Shown: in pieces, positions 1 to 13,492 of the stretch
How positions within the stretch are numbered: the stretch's first letter is position 1
How the letters are laid out: each line of letters opens with the position of its first letter
Source: Chiloscyllium plagiosum
Taxonomy: Eukaryota
Assembly: GCF_004010195.1 (NCBI RefSeq)
Contig: NC_057720.1
Coordinates: 32,187,216-32,251,215 of the forward strand
Length of the DNA: 64,000 bases
Direction: 5' to 3'
The notes under the pieces: model-generated
Seen by the model: only the letters and a program-made list of their open reading frames with translations
What the model was told of the DNA's origin: nothing
Databases searched by the model: none
Program-made: the position numbers and the translations under genes

Positions 1-305
1 TTTTTTTTGCCTTTGTGGTTCTTCAATTCCACCCACACAGACTCCACATCATCCGACGCTATGTCATTCAATACCATAGATTTAATTTTGTTTTTAACTA
101 ACAAGGCAACCCCACCCCCTCTGCCCACTTTTCTGTCTTTTCGATAAGTTGAAAAACCATGGAGGTTTAACTGCCAGTCCTGACCCCCCTGTAACCAAGT
201 CTCTGTGATGCCTACTACATCATAATCATTCACTATTATCTGTGCCATTAGTTCATCGGCTTTGTTATGTATGCTACGAGTATTCAGGTAAAGTGCCTTA
301 ATGCT
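1..305 (-). mobile_element. CR1-type LINE fragment, APE endonuclease N-terminus
   Basis: Minus strand translates to LNTRSIHNKADELMAQIIVNDYDVVGITETWLQGGQDWQLNLHGFSTYRKDRKVGRGGGVALLVK, the typical start of CR1 ORF2. Confidence 0.85.
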
Positions 306-339
306 AACTTCCTTATCATTAGAGATGTTGGCCCTCACA

Positions 340-1540
340 TTATAATTGCCCCTCACATCTCCTTTGAACTTTTCCCCTCTCATCTTAAATGCATACTCCC
401 TAATATTAGACATTCTAACTCTGGAAAAAATATTCTGACTGTCAACCCTATCTATGCATCTCATAACTTTATAAACTTCTATCAGGTCTCCCATCAGCTT
501 CCGTCGCTCAAGAGAAACAACCCAGATTTTTCTAACCTCTTCTTATACCTCATACCCTTGGTAAGCATCTTGGTAAACCCCTTCAGCACCCTCTCCAAAG
601 CCTCCACATTCTTCCTGTAATGTGGTGACCAGAATTGACCACAATACTTTAAGTGTGGCCAAACCAATGTCTTACAAAACTGCAACATGATAACCTGACT
701 CGTGTAATCAATTCCCTGACCAATAAAGGCAAGCATGCCATACACCTTCCTTACCACCCTATCTACTTGCATGGTCACTTTCAGGGAGCTATGAACTTGA
801 ACCCCGCAATCCTTCTGTACATCAATGCTGTTCAAAGCTTGTCATTAACTGTATACTTTTAATTAATATTTGATCTCCCAAAGTGCAGCACCTCACACCT
901 ACCTAGATTAAACTCTATCTGCCATTTCTCCGCCTATATCTACAATTGATCGACATCCCACTGCATTTTTTGACAACCTTCTACATCATCCACAACTCCA
1001 CTGATCTTTGTACCAGCTGCAAACGTACTCAGCCATCCATCTATATTTTCATCTAATTCACTTATATAGATCACAAACTTGCAGAGATTCCAGTATGGAT
1101 CCCAGCAGAACACCACTAATCATGGACCTCCAGCCAGAAAAACACCCTTCCATCACTACCCTCTTCTATGGACAAACCAATTCTGAATCCACATGGCCAT
1201 GTCATCGTGGATCCCATGAATCTTAATCTTCTCGATGAGCCTACCATGACAGACTTTGTCAAAAGCCTCACGAAAATCCATCTAAACATCCACTGCTCCA
1301 CCTCAACCTTGTCACCTGTTCAAAAAATTCAATCAAGTTAGTAATACATGACCTACCTTGCACAAAGCCAGGCTAACTGTCCCTAATTAGGCCATATTTT
1401 TCCAAATGTGCATAAATACTATCCCTAAGAATTCTCTCCAATAGCTTTCCAACCACCATTCTGAGACTCACCAGTCTATAGTTTCCTGGATTACCCCTAT
1501 TCCCCTTGTTGAACAGAGGAACAACAATAGCTACTTGTTC
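340..1540 (-). mobile_element. Decayed CR1-type LINE ORF2 (RT and C-terminal region)
   Basis: ORF 494-835: GVQVHSSLKV..QVDRVV..YGMLAFI..PHLKYCGQFWSPHYRKNVEALERV. Upstream RT segments are frameshifted. Confidence 0.85.
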
Positions 1541-2232
1541 TATAATTTCCCTATGAATTGCCTTGGGATAATATAATACAAGATGTTAATGTTGCTTTTA
1601 GCGACAATCCAGAAAATAAGCCATGCTGCACTGTTCAATCTTACCTGGAATGACTACTCCTTCCAAAATGCCACCAAGAAACTTGCAGGCCTGGTGAGCC
1701 TACTTAATTATGCCCATGTGGAACTCTTTCTATTGGATAAATGGAGGACTATGTGCTGTCTACCGAAAAAATACTCATAATAATGGTATAGATATAGGTC
1801 TAAATTTTCATTAAGAGTAACAGTCAGCTGTGACATGAACCTTGGCTCCAATACCAAGTTATGGTTCAATGAGTGGCACAGTGGATATCCTCCTTATATG
1901 CCTCATGTGCAACATTGCCTCCACTTCAGTAACCTTCAGACATGGAGTAAAGTTAGGTGGCACACAGAACAACTTCAGCTGATAATATTTGAGATACGAT
2001 CTAAACTCTAATAAAAGTTAAGACTCTAATTGTAATGCTAAACATGGGGCAGTCACTTTAGAAATTTTTTTTATAAATGGAGAAGGTGGGCGAGAGAATA
2101 CATGATGTTTAAGGCTAAAGATGATACAAAAAAAGACAAATATACATTTCTGTTGTGTACACTGTGTGTCATAAACAGTCTTATAATAATTCTATAGGGA
2201 ACTGACAATTGCTGTAATTTTTCCCCTAACAG

Positions 2233-2324
2233 TCAACCAGATAGTGCTTATCAGAAGAATTGTTTTGAAGCATGGAAACGCTGTGCCCCAAAGACACTTA
2301 GGAACAGAAGAGCAGTGGTAAAAA
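2233..2324 (+). CDS. Candidate host-gene exon A1 (unknown protein; QPDSAYQKNCFEAWKRCAPKTLRNRRAVVK)
   Basis: Acceptor ttcccctaacAG, open frame, homologous to exon at 24886. The donor is ambiguous (gtaaaa at 2318 or gtacga at 2325); only the latter is phase-compatible with the next exon. Confidence 0.4.
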
Positions 2325-3477
2325 GTACGAAGAGAGAAGTTCAATATATATAATATTTATAATGTTTTGGTGATGTCTCATGCCTCAAACTTTACATCTT
2401 TTCCTTCAATTCCATGCTCCTACCAATTGATTGTTTAGGTTAAATATGACAATGCATATCCTTAATCGTAAGATAAACTCCATTACCTGATCTATCATCA
2501 AGATAACGTAAGTATTTAAGTTAAGGTTAATCCAGTCTAACCCATATCAGTGCTAAAACTCTTACTGTATCTTGCTACCTTTAGAGTTTGATTTCTTTGT
2601 GCCCTCCTTGTTAGCTTGTTTAGATTCAAAAGCTCAAACTTGACAAACACAATTGCTTATCGGTTATCATCTTTGCATTGGTTAGTATACTTCTGCATCA
2701 CATAGCAGATAGAGTTTATAATTTTTGTTCTCATTTTCACTTGAAAATCTCCACAATATCTTTCAGTTCTCCCCAAATCTCATTTTGGTCTTCTGACTGT
2801 GGCCAATTGTAACCCCTACCAATATTCTCCATTGACGGTGGCTGGGCTTTCCAGATGGAATTGTGCTGCTCATTTTTTCTCCTTCTTTCCATCTTCAAAA
2901 TCATCTCAAAATGTACTTCTCTGATTTCAGCCAGTTCCACTAACATATTTTCCAGTTTCCCACTTGGTATGTGAATATCCTAAACAACTTCCCAACACTA
3001 TGACTTCATATTGTGGCAATTATTCTATATTATAAATACTTTATTTGTTAAATAGAGAAATTAGAATACTTAGGGAATATATTAAGTATTTGCAAACATG
3101 CTTAATTTGAATTAAGAACATTCCAAAATGTTGAAAACCATTTTCCAACCCAGGAAACATCACTTTCCCCAGGGTAAGAAGTCCACATGAAAGGAGCTTA
3201 GGTTGTTTCAACCCAGTTTCTAATGAGTTTCAACCTCAACCATAATAAGCCAATAATGAGGCAGGTTTCTGGTCTTACCTTGGTGTGGAGAGAATGGTCT
3301 TCTGACCAAAAATGTACTCCATATAATTAGAGGGGAAAAGTGTTTTGTGATTCAGTGGTGTTGTGAAAATCTTCCGAGGATAAAGGAAAAGTTAAAGAGG
3401 AACAGTAGAAGAAAGGGTATGAGAGAGTGGAAAAAGGCACCAACTTCAACTTTAAGTATTTCAATTCTTTCTTCCAG

Positions 3478-3710
3478 GTGTTTGTGGCTCTCGTGAGAAG
3501 CTTCCACTTAAAAAACAGCCAAGAAGAGAAACTGGAAGATCAGTTCCCACCATGCCAGGTCAACATTGCATTACAAGAACTTGCAATGTTGATTCACTGA
3601 GTTCTTCATCTTACAAGTCACACCACATGTATGCTCCACAGGATCCACTACAGTATAGAGTAGGCAGAAAGAGGTTTTCCACAGTGCAGCCCCACAGCAA
3701 CCAAAATCAG
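3478..3710 (+). CDS. Candidate host-gene exon B1 (VCGSREKLPLKKQPRRETGR...RVGRKRFSTVQPHSNQNQ)
   Basis: Strong acceptor ttctttcttccAG, 233 nt open, donor cag/GTGAAA, phase 1 to 0. Homologous to 30629-30846 with splice sites at equivalent positions. Confidence 0.5.
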
Positions 3711-4118
3711 GTGAAATTAATTCATATCTACATAATGGTTTCAAAGGATTGACATATATAAAGTAATAGAATCACTTATAGTGCAATTGTACTTCCAATA
3801 ACCAGTTAATGTTTTTAAAATTGATATATTATTAATTAATCTAAAAGTGCAACAATACAGCTTTTTTCAATATGGCCAGAGTTTATCAGACAATGGCTGT
3901 ACAGGCTCCTCCAATGTTTCACAAAGTACAGACATGGATGGAAGATTATTTATCTCTGGCTGTTTGTAATTGGACTATTTTAGATAATGATTCAAAAATT
4001 GTTGTTTTATCACCTCGATTTCTCCTATTTGCCAGCTCAATTCTGTTGTACTGTTGTTAATGATACCATATACAGGATGAGTGAGACATTGAACATTGTC
4101 AGATATTTCAGTGGTCAT

Positions 4119-4440
4119 GGGTGATGGTGTAGTGCTAATATCACTGGACTAGTAATCCGGAACTGCAGGCTAAAGGTCTGGGGATATATATTTGAACCCC
4201 ACCATGGCGGATGGTGAAATTTGAGTTTGATAAAAAATCTGGAATTAAAGACTAGCCTAATAACAATCATGTAATCAGTATCAGTTGTCTTGAAAACTCA
4301 CCTATCATGTAGAGGTGAGAAAAGTTCCCTTCCTTACCTGATCTAATCCACATGTGACTCTTAGTGTCAGCAATATGGTTGATTCTTAACTGTATGCTGA
4401 ACCTAGCCATCAATGTCTACATCCCATGAATAAATTAAAA
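4119..4440 (+). mobile_element. tRNA-derived SINE with LINE-like 3' tail
   Basis: A-box-like TGGTGTAGTG, B-box-like TTTGAACCCC, and tail CATCCCATGAATAAATTAAAA. Confidence 0.65.
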
Positions 4441-5096
4441 GAACACAATTCATTTGAAATACCAATCAGAATATTTTAGTTCAACTGTACTTCAAATATA
4501 CAGGACATAGCATTGAGAAAATGAGAGGGTGACAAAATAAACTATAGCTTTCTTTAAAAGGTTTGAGTCTGTGAGTGTGTGGTACTCAGTCTGCCAAATT
4601 ATCCCCAGTGGAGGGCTTAACACTAATGCACCCCTCATGATACCATATATAGTAAAGCAACATTTACCAACCATTCACAGTGAGTGGGCACAGAATGTTG
4701 TACTTTCTAGCAAGAATATTGATAACTTTGCTTTAGTTATGAACGTTTGATTTCAGAAGAGATTAAGTGTTTTACTGCCATAAATCCTATTACCTGTGAG
4801 CCTTTTGTTTTTGCCAGTCCTTTCAGTCATTTGTATGACCCATGTCAGCCCCATTTAAACAAAGTCTGTCAGGAAAGTGTGATCATAAAATGACAGCAGA
4901 GAGAAAAGTGAAGATGAAACACAGATGACTGCAATGGCAAACAATTATGATGATAAACATGAAATGTATAGAACATCACATTTTTAGTTTTATAGGTTCC
5001 TCTCCTTGGCTCAGAGCAGGTTAAAATCAAAATTAGTGGAATAGATATAGAACGTCATTCCAAAGATGATTTTAACTGTGCGCTGCTATAATTTGT

Positions 5097-5128
5097 TGTG
5101 TGTGTGTGTGTGTTAGTGTGTGTGTGTG
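5097..5128. repeat. (GT)n microsatellite
   Basis: Interrupted GT dinucleotide run. Confidence 0.9.
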
Positions 5129-5658
5129 GCTTCTCACTCGGGCTGAGTTTTGCTCGACCTGCACAGGAAGTCTGCTTGGTTTCTGTTGAGCAGTTTAAAG
5201 CTGACCTGTGACTCTTTGACCTCATCATCTCAGCTCAACCAAGTGCATCACCAGCAGCAAGTACTCTGGACAGTTATTCCATTCCAGCCCCCACACTGGC
5301 TCAGCTGTCTCAACATGGGTCAGGAAACCAATGGAGTTCTTAGCTATTCAAGATTCTGCAGTCATTCACTGCCTTACTCAACTGAGCTATAAATAATCCT
5401 TTAACAAGTTGTTTAAATAGAACATGCAGGATCTTTGATATCATTGGGCACAGGAATCACTATTCACAACCTGCCCGTGTCTATGAAGGTCAAGGTGTGA
5501 CAAACAGAATTTGTGTGCCTTCCTTAACTACATGGTTCCTTACCGAGTTTTGAGAATGGTTTCTGCAGTTGCTGGTGTGTCTTTAGCCACACCTGAAAGC
5601 TGTAGTAAATCCTGGCCTACATCAAGTGCTTTGGCAATATTACTTGAGGGTGACCTGG

Positions 5659-7160
5659 GGCTGAAATTTTCCATCCTCTGAATAATATGGGCAATGACAA
5701 TTCAGTTGGGAAAATTTGGTGAGGTTGAAAAAATTCTTGATGCCAATGAAAAAATCTGACTTTGCACCCAAGCTTTGAATAGTGAGATGAGCACCTTTGC
5801 TGCTGAGTGGTGAGAAGCCCATTTTGCATGCTTTAACATCCCATTATTACCTGGTTCCACCTCATTTATATGAAGCTTGCTGTACTCCCATGTGCTGGAG
5901 AGAAACTCAATGTCAACATCTCCTGACTTGAAGTTATACTGGGTACCTGGCATTTCCAGCTCGCCACTTGCTCCTCCAGGCCTCCATCTCTGCCAACATT
6001 TCAGGGCACACACCATGTGGTAGAGACTGTCTGCCACTCTGCACTACACCCCACTCCCACCCCCATCCATATGGGATGGCGTTTGACATGAACCAGCCTC
6101 ACCACATCATTATGGTTCATCTTCAACTCACTCAGAGTACAGTTATCCACTTCAATGCTTCACTTTGGAGCACACTACCACCTTGCATTGTGCTGCTGCT
6201 GCCAGAGACTGCATGGCATCCATTTAAATCACCAGTGCACTTCTTCAAGGCAGGTGGCATCTTAGAGGGAGGCTACATAATAGGATTATTTTAATGTAAG
6301 TTCTTAAAAAATGAGTTGCAAAGTAGAGGAAGGATCCATTGTGAATAATGCAGTGATATTAGCGGTGAGAGGGAAGCAGGAGGAGAAGTGCCAAGAGACA
6401 TTCAAGCACCACCCCCAGAAGGAATGATGAGCTACTTACAGTGTGACTTTGTTGCCATCCCACACCCTGTCCCTCATCTCAACATTTAACTTCTGAATTC
6501 CTGCTTTCAGACACCTTAAGAACTGTCACTTGCCCAGTCCCAAGAGTCCAAAGCGTAGAAAAGAGAGTGACATTACAATACTAATGCAAAGGCCATATCA
6601 CTTGATCTGACAGTCACTGCAATCAACTCTGACAATGTACATACCTTAGAGACTCTTAACAAATTGGTATGACCTTACAGTGAGTCACTAGAAATGAGTG
6701 GGCTGCACCTGAAAAGGATGATGTTTTGCCAGCATCACTGCTGTACTGCTGTAGTGGACCCAGAAAACGACTTCAGTGGTGTGGGATACAGGAGTGGACT
6801 GATGCTGGGTGCAGTATCTGACTGGCCAGAGCTTCTTCTGTCAAGGATCAAGGAGATTGACTCCACTATATTAGAGAAGCTAATAGAGAGCTTGCCACCT
6901 GTCCAGCCTTTGTTCTAACTCTCTGACATGCTGAATACTCAGCGAAGTTGTTATTGCTGGCCTCACTCAGACTTTGTGCAACCTCTCGTTACATATGCTA
7001 CCTTTTCCTATGTCATTTGATGCAGCAAAATTCTAACAGATCAAAAAGGTCACCAAAACATATTCAGAAATAAAACCAGCTAGTTATGCTGCCAGTTCTG
7101 CATGCACCCATTCCCTTGTAGGCTACCATGCAGCCAGTTAGAAACATTGGCAGGTCTTGT
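5659..7160. mobile_element. Possible decayed Harbinger-like DNA transposon remnant
   Basis: Starts with GGGCTGAAATTTTCC, resembling the termini of the MITE at 56168. GC-richer than its flanks, with no intact ORF. Confidence 0.3.
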
Positions 7161-7189
7161 GCCCAGCATCATGCAATGTAAACTAATGA

Positions 7190-7280
7190 TGGGACTAGAT
7201 TGGGTTGGGATATCTGGTCGGCATGGCTGGGTTGGACTGAAGGGTCTGTTTCCATGCTGTACATCTCTATGACCCTATGT
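7190..7280 (+). mobile_element. CR1/HER1 LINE 3' tail fragment
   Basis: GGGATATCTGGTCGGCATGG..GAAGGGTCTGTTTCCATGCTGTACATCTCTATGAC, the same tail as at 23575-23660. Confidence 0.85.
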
Positions 7281-7595
7281 GACAATGGTCATCAATAGTA
7301 TAATTCTCTCATAGATCATTTTAACAGTAATCTTCTATAATTTAATCAGAGATCTAATGCAAAAGCACAAAAGATGAAAAAGATGTTTTGGTTTGTAGCA
7401 ACCAGTATATTTGGCCTGTTTTCTTTTAGAATATGGAGCAATAACTAAATCAATTGGAAAGTTCCTCTGTTTGAAACTATCATCCATTTTATATACCATC
7501 TCATTATTTGTAAACACATGCAGTATTCTGCACATGACTGGAATTCTTCTAATTGTCTTCATTTGCTTTTCAAGCTTTCTGTTTGTGTTCAACAG

Positions 7596-7672
7596 GAACA
7601 AACAGAGCTGGAAGTACAACATGCAAATTGCAATGCTGAACAAAAAGATAAACTAACTAAGGCAGCAATATG
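7596..7672 (+). CDS. Candidate host-gene exon (EQTELEVQHANCNAEQKDKLTKAAI)
   Basis: Acceptor tttctgtttgtgttcaacAG, donor atg/GTAAAA. Phase 0 to 2, compatible with the flanking candidate exons. Confidence 0.4.
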
Positions 7673-7767
7673 GTAAAACACCCTTTCCTTGTTCTTCCTT
7701 TCCATGTTCCCATGTTGGCTTCCAATCTCATTACTCTAAAAAATGGTGAACTATTGTGGTTTAGTAG

Positions 7768-8429
7768 TGTGATGATGCTGCTGTTTTAACAAGATTATGT
7801 TGTCCTTGGATTTTTTTTTCAGAAGGTTCATTAACACAGGGACTCTGGGAGGTCTAGGCTTGAAGAGTTTTAGGGCCAATTTGATTATAGCTAACTGACA
7901 CTGCCTCAGACAAAATGCGTTCAAATAAAACACTTGTACAATGAAAGGGGAGTGGCCAGTTCTCCCAGCTCAGCTTTACTCTGGTTTGGTTTGGCTTTAG
8001 CAGTCTGGCTGTTCACTGAAAGTAGTCAGTCGTTGTGAAGCTGCTAGACCCAAAGAAGCAGGTCGACCCAAAGAAGCAGGTCCATGCTGATCCTCCCTCT
8101 CTGTGACATCTCTCCTGTAAGAACCTGTGTTGGATTTTTCTTTCTTTTGTCAAGGGGTGTTTGTGGGGATTGTTGCCAGTATTTGGAACAGCATTATTAA
8201 ATTGGGATAATCTATTGGGTTTTGGGATAGATTAAGTTATTCTATATTTTGTACTCTTTTGTTTGTGCTTCATTCAGTATTCTTGTAAATACACTCTGTT
8301 TTGTTTAAAACTAAGTGGTTTGTCAAGCTGCATCACTCCTGGGATATCTGCCTTACACCTGCTTAAAGCAATTAGCGAAGTGTGCTACTTCCTTGAAATG
8401 TTTTGAGAGGGTCTGGTCTGGTCCATAAC
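7768..8429 (+). mobile_element. Gypsy-type LTR (probable 5' LTR of the element whose gag resumes at ~14650)
   Basis: TGTGATG...CATAAC termini. Similar at both ends to the LTR at 22337-23870 (TTTTGAG..GGTCTGGTCCAT). Followed by a degenerate PBS-like TGGAGCACTTTGCAGGATTT. Confidence 0.6.
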
Positions 8430-8449
8430 TGGAGCACTTTGCAGGATTT

Positions 8450-9223
8450 AGAGTCACAGAGTCATAGAGATATGAGAAAGAGACCCTTCGGGTCCAACTC
8501 GTCCACGCCGACCAGATATCCCAACCTAATGTAGTCCCACCTGCCAGCACCCGGCCCATATCCCTCCAAACCCTTCCTATTCATAAACCCATCAAGATGC
8601 CTTTTAAATGTTGCAATTGTACCAGCCTCCACCACTTTCTCTGGCAGCTCATTCCATACACGTACCACTCTCTGCGTGAAAAGGTGCCCTTTAGGTCTCT
8701 TATATCTCTTCTGTCTCACCCTAAACCTATGCCCTCCAGTTCTGGACGTCCCCCATCTCAGGGAAAAGACTTTGTCCATTTATCCTATCCATGCCCCTCA
8801 TGAATTTGTAAACCTCTATAAGGTTACCCCTCAGCCTCCGACACTCCAGGGAAAACAGCCCCAGCCTATTCAACCTCTCCCTATAGCTCAAATCCTCCAA
8901 CCCTTGCAACATCCTTGTAAATCTTTTCTGAACCCTTTCAAGTTTCACAACATCTTTCCAAACTAATCCAGGAGGAAAAACATCAAGAGAAAACTCAGAG
9001 AGTGTAGCAGCCAGGATGGAAAAACAAAACCCAGAAATCTGGATCTGTGAGAGCTGGCGACGCCCATTCAGGCTGTTTAGCTCAAATCCTCCAACCCTGG
9101 CAACATCCTTGTAAATCTTTTCTGAACCCTTTCACATTTCATGACATCCTTCCAACAGGACGTAGACCAGAATTGCACGCAATATTCCAACAGTGGCCTA
9201 ACCAATATTGGGTACAGCCGCAA
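8450..9223 (-). mobile_element. Older CR1/HER1 LINE, 3' part (continues at 13035)
   Basis: (AGAGTCAT)-type tail. Translates to KLERVQKRFTRML..LFSLECRRLRG..FTQRVVRVWNELP. Confidence 0.9.
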
Positions 9224-12200
9224 AATAGAACATAGAACATTACAGCGCAGTACAGGCCCTTCAGCCCTCGATGTTGCACCGACCTGTCATACCAATCTGA
9301 AGCCCATTAACCTACACTATTCCATGTACATCCATATGCTTGTCCAAGGACGACTTAAATTTCCTTAAAGTTGGCAAATCTACTACCATTGCAGGCAAAG
9401 CATTCCATACCCCTACTACTCTCTGAGTAAAGAAGCTACCTCTGACATCTTTCCTATATCTATCACTCCTCAATTTAAAGCTATGCCCCCTCGTGGTCGC
9501 CGTCACCATACTTGGAAAAAGGCTCTCCCTGTCCACCCTATCCAACCCTCTGATTATCTTATATGTCTCTATTAAGTCTCCTCTCAATCTTCTCTCTAAC
9601 GAAAACAACCTCAAGGTCCTTAGCCTTTCCTCTTAAGATCTTCCCTCCATTCCAGGCAACATCCCAGTAAATCTCCTCTCCACCCTTTCCAAAGCTTCCA
9701 CATCCTTCTTATAATGCAGTGACCAGAACTGTACACAATACTCCAAGTGCGGCCACACCAGAGTTTTGTACAGCTGCAGCATAACCTCATGGTTCCGGAA
9801 CTCGATCCCTCTATTAATAAAAGCTAAAACACTATATGTCTTCTTATCAACCCTGTCAACCTGGGTGGCAACTTTCAAGGATCTATGTACATGGACACCG
9901 AGATCTCTCTGCTCATCTACACTCCAAAGAATCTTACCATTAGCCCAGTACTTTAATTCCGGTTACTCCGACCAAAGTGTATCACCTCACACTTGTCCAC
10001 ATTAAACTCCATTTGCCACTTCTCAGCCCAGCTCTGCAGCTTACCTATGTCTCTCTGTAACCTACTACATCCTTCGTCACTATCCACAACTCCACCGACC
10101 TTAGTGTCGTCTGCAAATTTACTAACCCACCCTTCTACGCCCTCATCCAGGTCGTTTATAAAAATGACGAACAGCAGTGGACCCAACACCGACCCTTGCG
10201 GTACACCACTAGTAACTGGACCTCAGGATGAACATTTCTCATCAACCACTGCCCTCTGTCTTCTTTCAGCAAGCCAATTACTGATCCAAACTGCTATATC
10301 TCCCACAATCCCATTCCTCCGCATTTTGTACAATAGCCTACTGTGGGGAACCTTATCGAACACCTTGCTGAAATCCTTTTACACCACATCAACCAGTTTA
10401 CTCTCATCTACCTGTTTGATCACCTTCTCAAAGAATTCAATAAGGTTTGTGAGGCACAATCTATCCTAATAAAACCGTGCTGACTATCCCTAATCAAATT
10501 ATTCTTTTCTAGATGATTATAAATCCTATCTCTTATAACCTTTTCTAACACTTTACCAACAACTGAAGTAAAGCTCACTGGTCTATAATTACCAGGGTTG
10601 TCTCTACTCCTCTTCTTGAACAGGGGAACTACATTTGCTATCCTCCAGTCTTCTGGCACTATTCCTGTAGACAATGACGATTTAAAGATCAATGCCAAAG
10701 GCATTGAAATCTCATCCCTGGCTTCCTAGAGGATCCTAGGATAAATTCCATCTGGCCCAGGGGACTTTCTATTTTCACACTCTGCAGGATTTCTAATACC
10801 TCTTCCTTGTGAACCTCAATCCCACCTAGTCTAGTAGCCTGTATCTCAGTATTCTCCTCAACAACATTGTCGTTTTCTAGAGTGAATACTGTCGAAAAAT
10901 ATTCATTTAGTGCTTCCCCTATCTCCTCTGACTCCACACACAACACTACTATCCTTGATTGGCCCTAATCTTNNNNNNNNNNNNNNNNNNNNNNNNNNNN
11001 NNNNNNNNNNNNNNNNNNNNNNNNNNNNNNNNNNNNNNNNNNNNNNNNNNNNNNNNNNNNNNNNNNNNNNNNNNNNNNNNNNNCCTTGAATAAGCTCCAC
11101 ATTTCTAATGTGCCCATCCCCTGCAGTTCCTTCCCCATCCTATGCTTCCTAAATCTTGCCTAATCGCATTGTAATTGCCTTTCCCCCAGCTGTAACTCTT
11201 GCCCAGTGGTATACACCTATCCCTTTCTATCACTAAAGTAAATATAACAGAATTGTGATCGCTATCATCAAAGTGCTCACCTACTTTCAAGTCTAACACC
11301 TGGGTGGGCTCATTACCCAGTACCAAATCGAATGTGGCTTCGCCCCTTGTTGGCCTGTCTACATACTGTGTCAGGAAGCCCTCCTGCACACACTGGACAA
11401 AAATGGACCCATATATAGTACTCGCACTATAGTGTTTCCAGTCAATATTTGGAAAGTTGAAGTCCCTCATGACAACTATCCTGTCTCTCTCACTCCTATC
11501 GAGAATCATCTTTGCTATCCTTTCCTCTACATCTCTGAAACTATTCAGAGGCCTATAGGAAACTCCCAACAGGGTGACCTCTCCTTTCCTGTTTCTAAGC
11601 TCAGCCCATACTACCTCAGTTGACAAGTCCCCAAACATCCTTTCTGCAACTATAATACTGTCCTTGACCAACAATGCCACACCTCCCCCTCTTTTACCAT
11701 CTTCTCTGTTTTTACTGAAACATCTAAATCCTGGAACCTGCAACAACCATTCCTATCCCGGCTCTACCCATGTCTCCGAAATGGCCACAACATCGAAATC
11801 CCAGGTACCAACCCATGCGGCAAGTTCACCCACCTTATTCCGGATGCTCCTGGCGTTGAAGTAGACTCACTTCAAATCAACTTCTTGCTTGCCGGTGCCA
11901 TCTTGCGTCCCTGAAACCTGATTTCGGACCTCCCTCCTCTCAATCTTTTCTAAACTCAATCTGCAATTTTGGTTTCCATCCCCCTGCTGGATTAGTTTAA
12001 ACCCATGCCAATAGCCTTAGCGAATTTCCCCTCCAGGATATTGGTACCCCTCTGGTTCAGATGAAGACCATCCTGCTTGTAGAGGTCCCACCTACCCCAG
12101 AAAGAGCCCCAATTATCCCAGAATTCCAAACCCTCCCTCCTGCACCATCCCTGTAGCCATGTGTTCAACTCCTCTCTCTTCCTATTCCTCGCCTCACTAG

Positions 12201-13034
12201 CATGTGGCACGGGCAACAAACCAGAGACAACAACTCCATCCTAGCTCTAAGCTTCCATCCTAGCTCCCTGAATTTCTGCCTTAAATCCCCATCTCTCTTC
12301 CTACCTATGTCATTGGTGACTATGTGGACCATGACTTGGGTCTGCTCCCCCTCCCCCTTAAGGATCCCAAAAATACAATCAGAGACATTATGAACCCTGG
12401 CACCTGGGAGGCAACACACCAACCGTGAGTATCTCTCATCCCCACAGAACCTCCTATCTGTCCCCCTGACTATGGAGTCCCCAATGACTACTGCTCTGCT
12501 CCTCTTCCCCCTTCCCTTCTGAGCAGCATGGACAGACTGTGTGCCAGAGTCCTGTGCCCCACTGCTTTCCCCTGGTAAGTCCCCCCCCCCCAACAGTACC
12601 CAAAACAGTATACTTATTGTTGAGGGGAATGGCCACAGGGGATCCCTGCACTGCCAGCCGGTTCCCTTTCCGGCCCCTGACTGTAACCCATCTGCCTTCT
12701 TCTTGTACTGAGGAGTGACTACCTCCCTGTAACTCCTCTCAATAACCCCCCTGCCTCCCGAATGACCCAAAGTTCATCCAACTCTAGCTCCAGTTCCCTA
12801 ACGCGGTTTTCGAGGAGCTGGAGTTGGGTGCACTTCCCACAGATGTAGTCAGCAGGGACACTAGTGGTAACCCTAACCTCCATTCCCACTATTCTAAATT
12901 CCCAAAGAGATTGTTGAAAAATAAGGAATAAAAAATAAACTTGTTACTTTACCAATCTGGCGCACAGAACCATTTGTTTTGGTTAGAGGAGGAGGATGGG
13001 TGGGAGACACTACCCGAGTAGTGTTTCGGGTAAT
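9224..13034 (-). mobile_element. Near full-length CR1 LINE (5'UTR, ORF1 zinc finger/coiled coil plus SGNH esterase, ORF2 APE-RT, microsatellite tail), frameshifted
   Basis: ORF1: CGKCTQLQLLENRVRELE, VVIGDSIVRG, CLPGARV, TNDIG, DGLHLN. ORF2: [36 protein letters not shown]. (TAGAACA)n tail at 9224. Inserted at cagccgcaa|tgacctcc of the older CR1. Confidence 0.93.
10973..11083. other. Assembly gap (N run)
   Basis: Run of n. Confidence 1.
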
Positions 13035-13492
13035 GCAATGACCTCCCAACTCCTGTACGCAATACTCTGACCAATAAAGGAAAGCATACCAAATGCCTTC
13101 TTCACTATCCTATTTAACTGTGACTCCACATTCAGGGAGTTATGAACCTGGACTCCAAGTCTCTTTGTTCAGCAACACTCCCTAGGACCTTACCATTAAG
13201 TGTATAAGTCCTGCTAAGATTTGCTTTCCCAAAATGCACACCTCACATTTATCTGCCACTTCTCAGCCCATTGGTCATGATCCTGTTGTAATCTGAGGTA
13301 ACCTTCTTCGCTGTCCAATTTTGGTGTCATCTGCAAACTTACTAACTACACCTCTCTGCTTATATCCAAATCATTTATATAAATGACGAAACGTAGTGGA
13401 CCCAGCAACGATCCTTGTGGCACTCCACTGGTCACAAGCCTCCAGTCTGAAAAACAACACTCCACCAGCACCCTCTGTCTTCTACCTTTGAG

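Noticed and set aside
7430..7509. Additional candidate exon (EYGAITKSIGKFLCLKLSSILYTISLF)
   Set aside because: It starts in phase 1, I found no matching upstream donor, and its own donor is weak.
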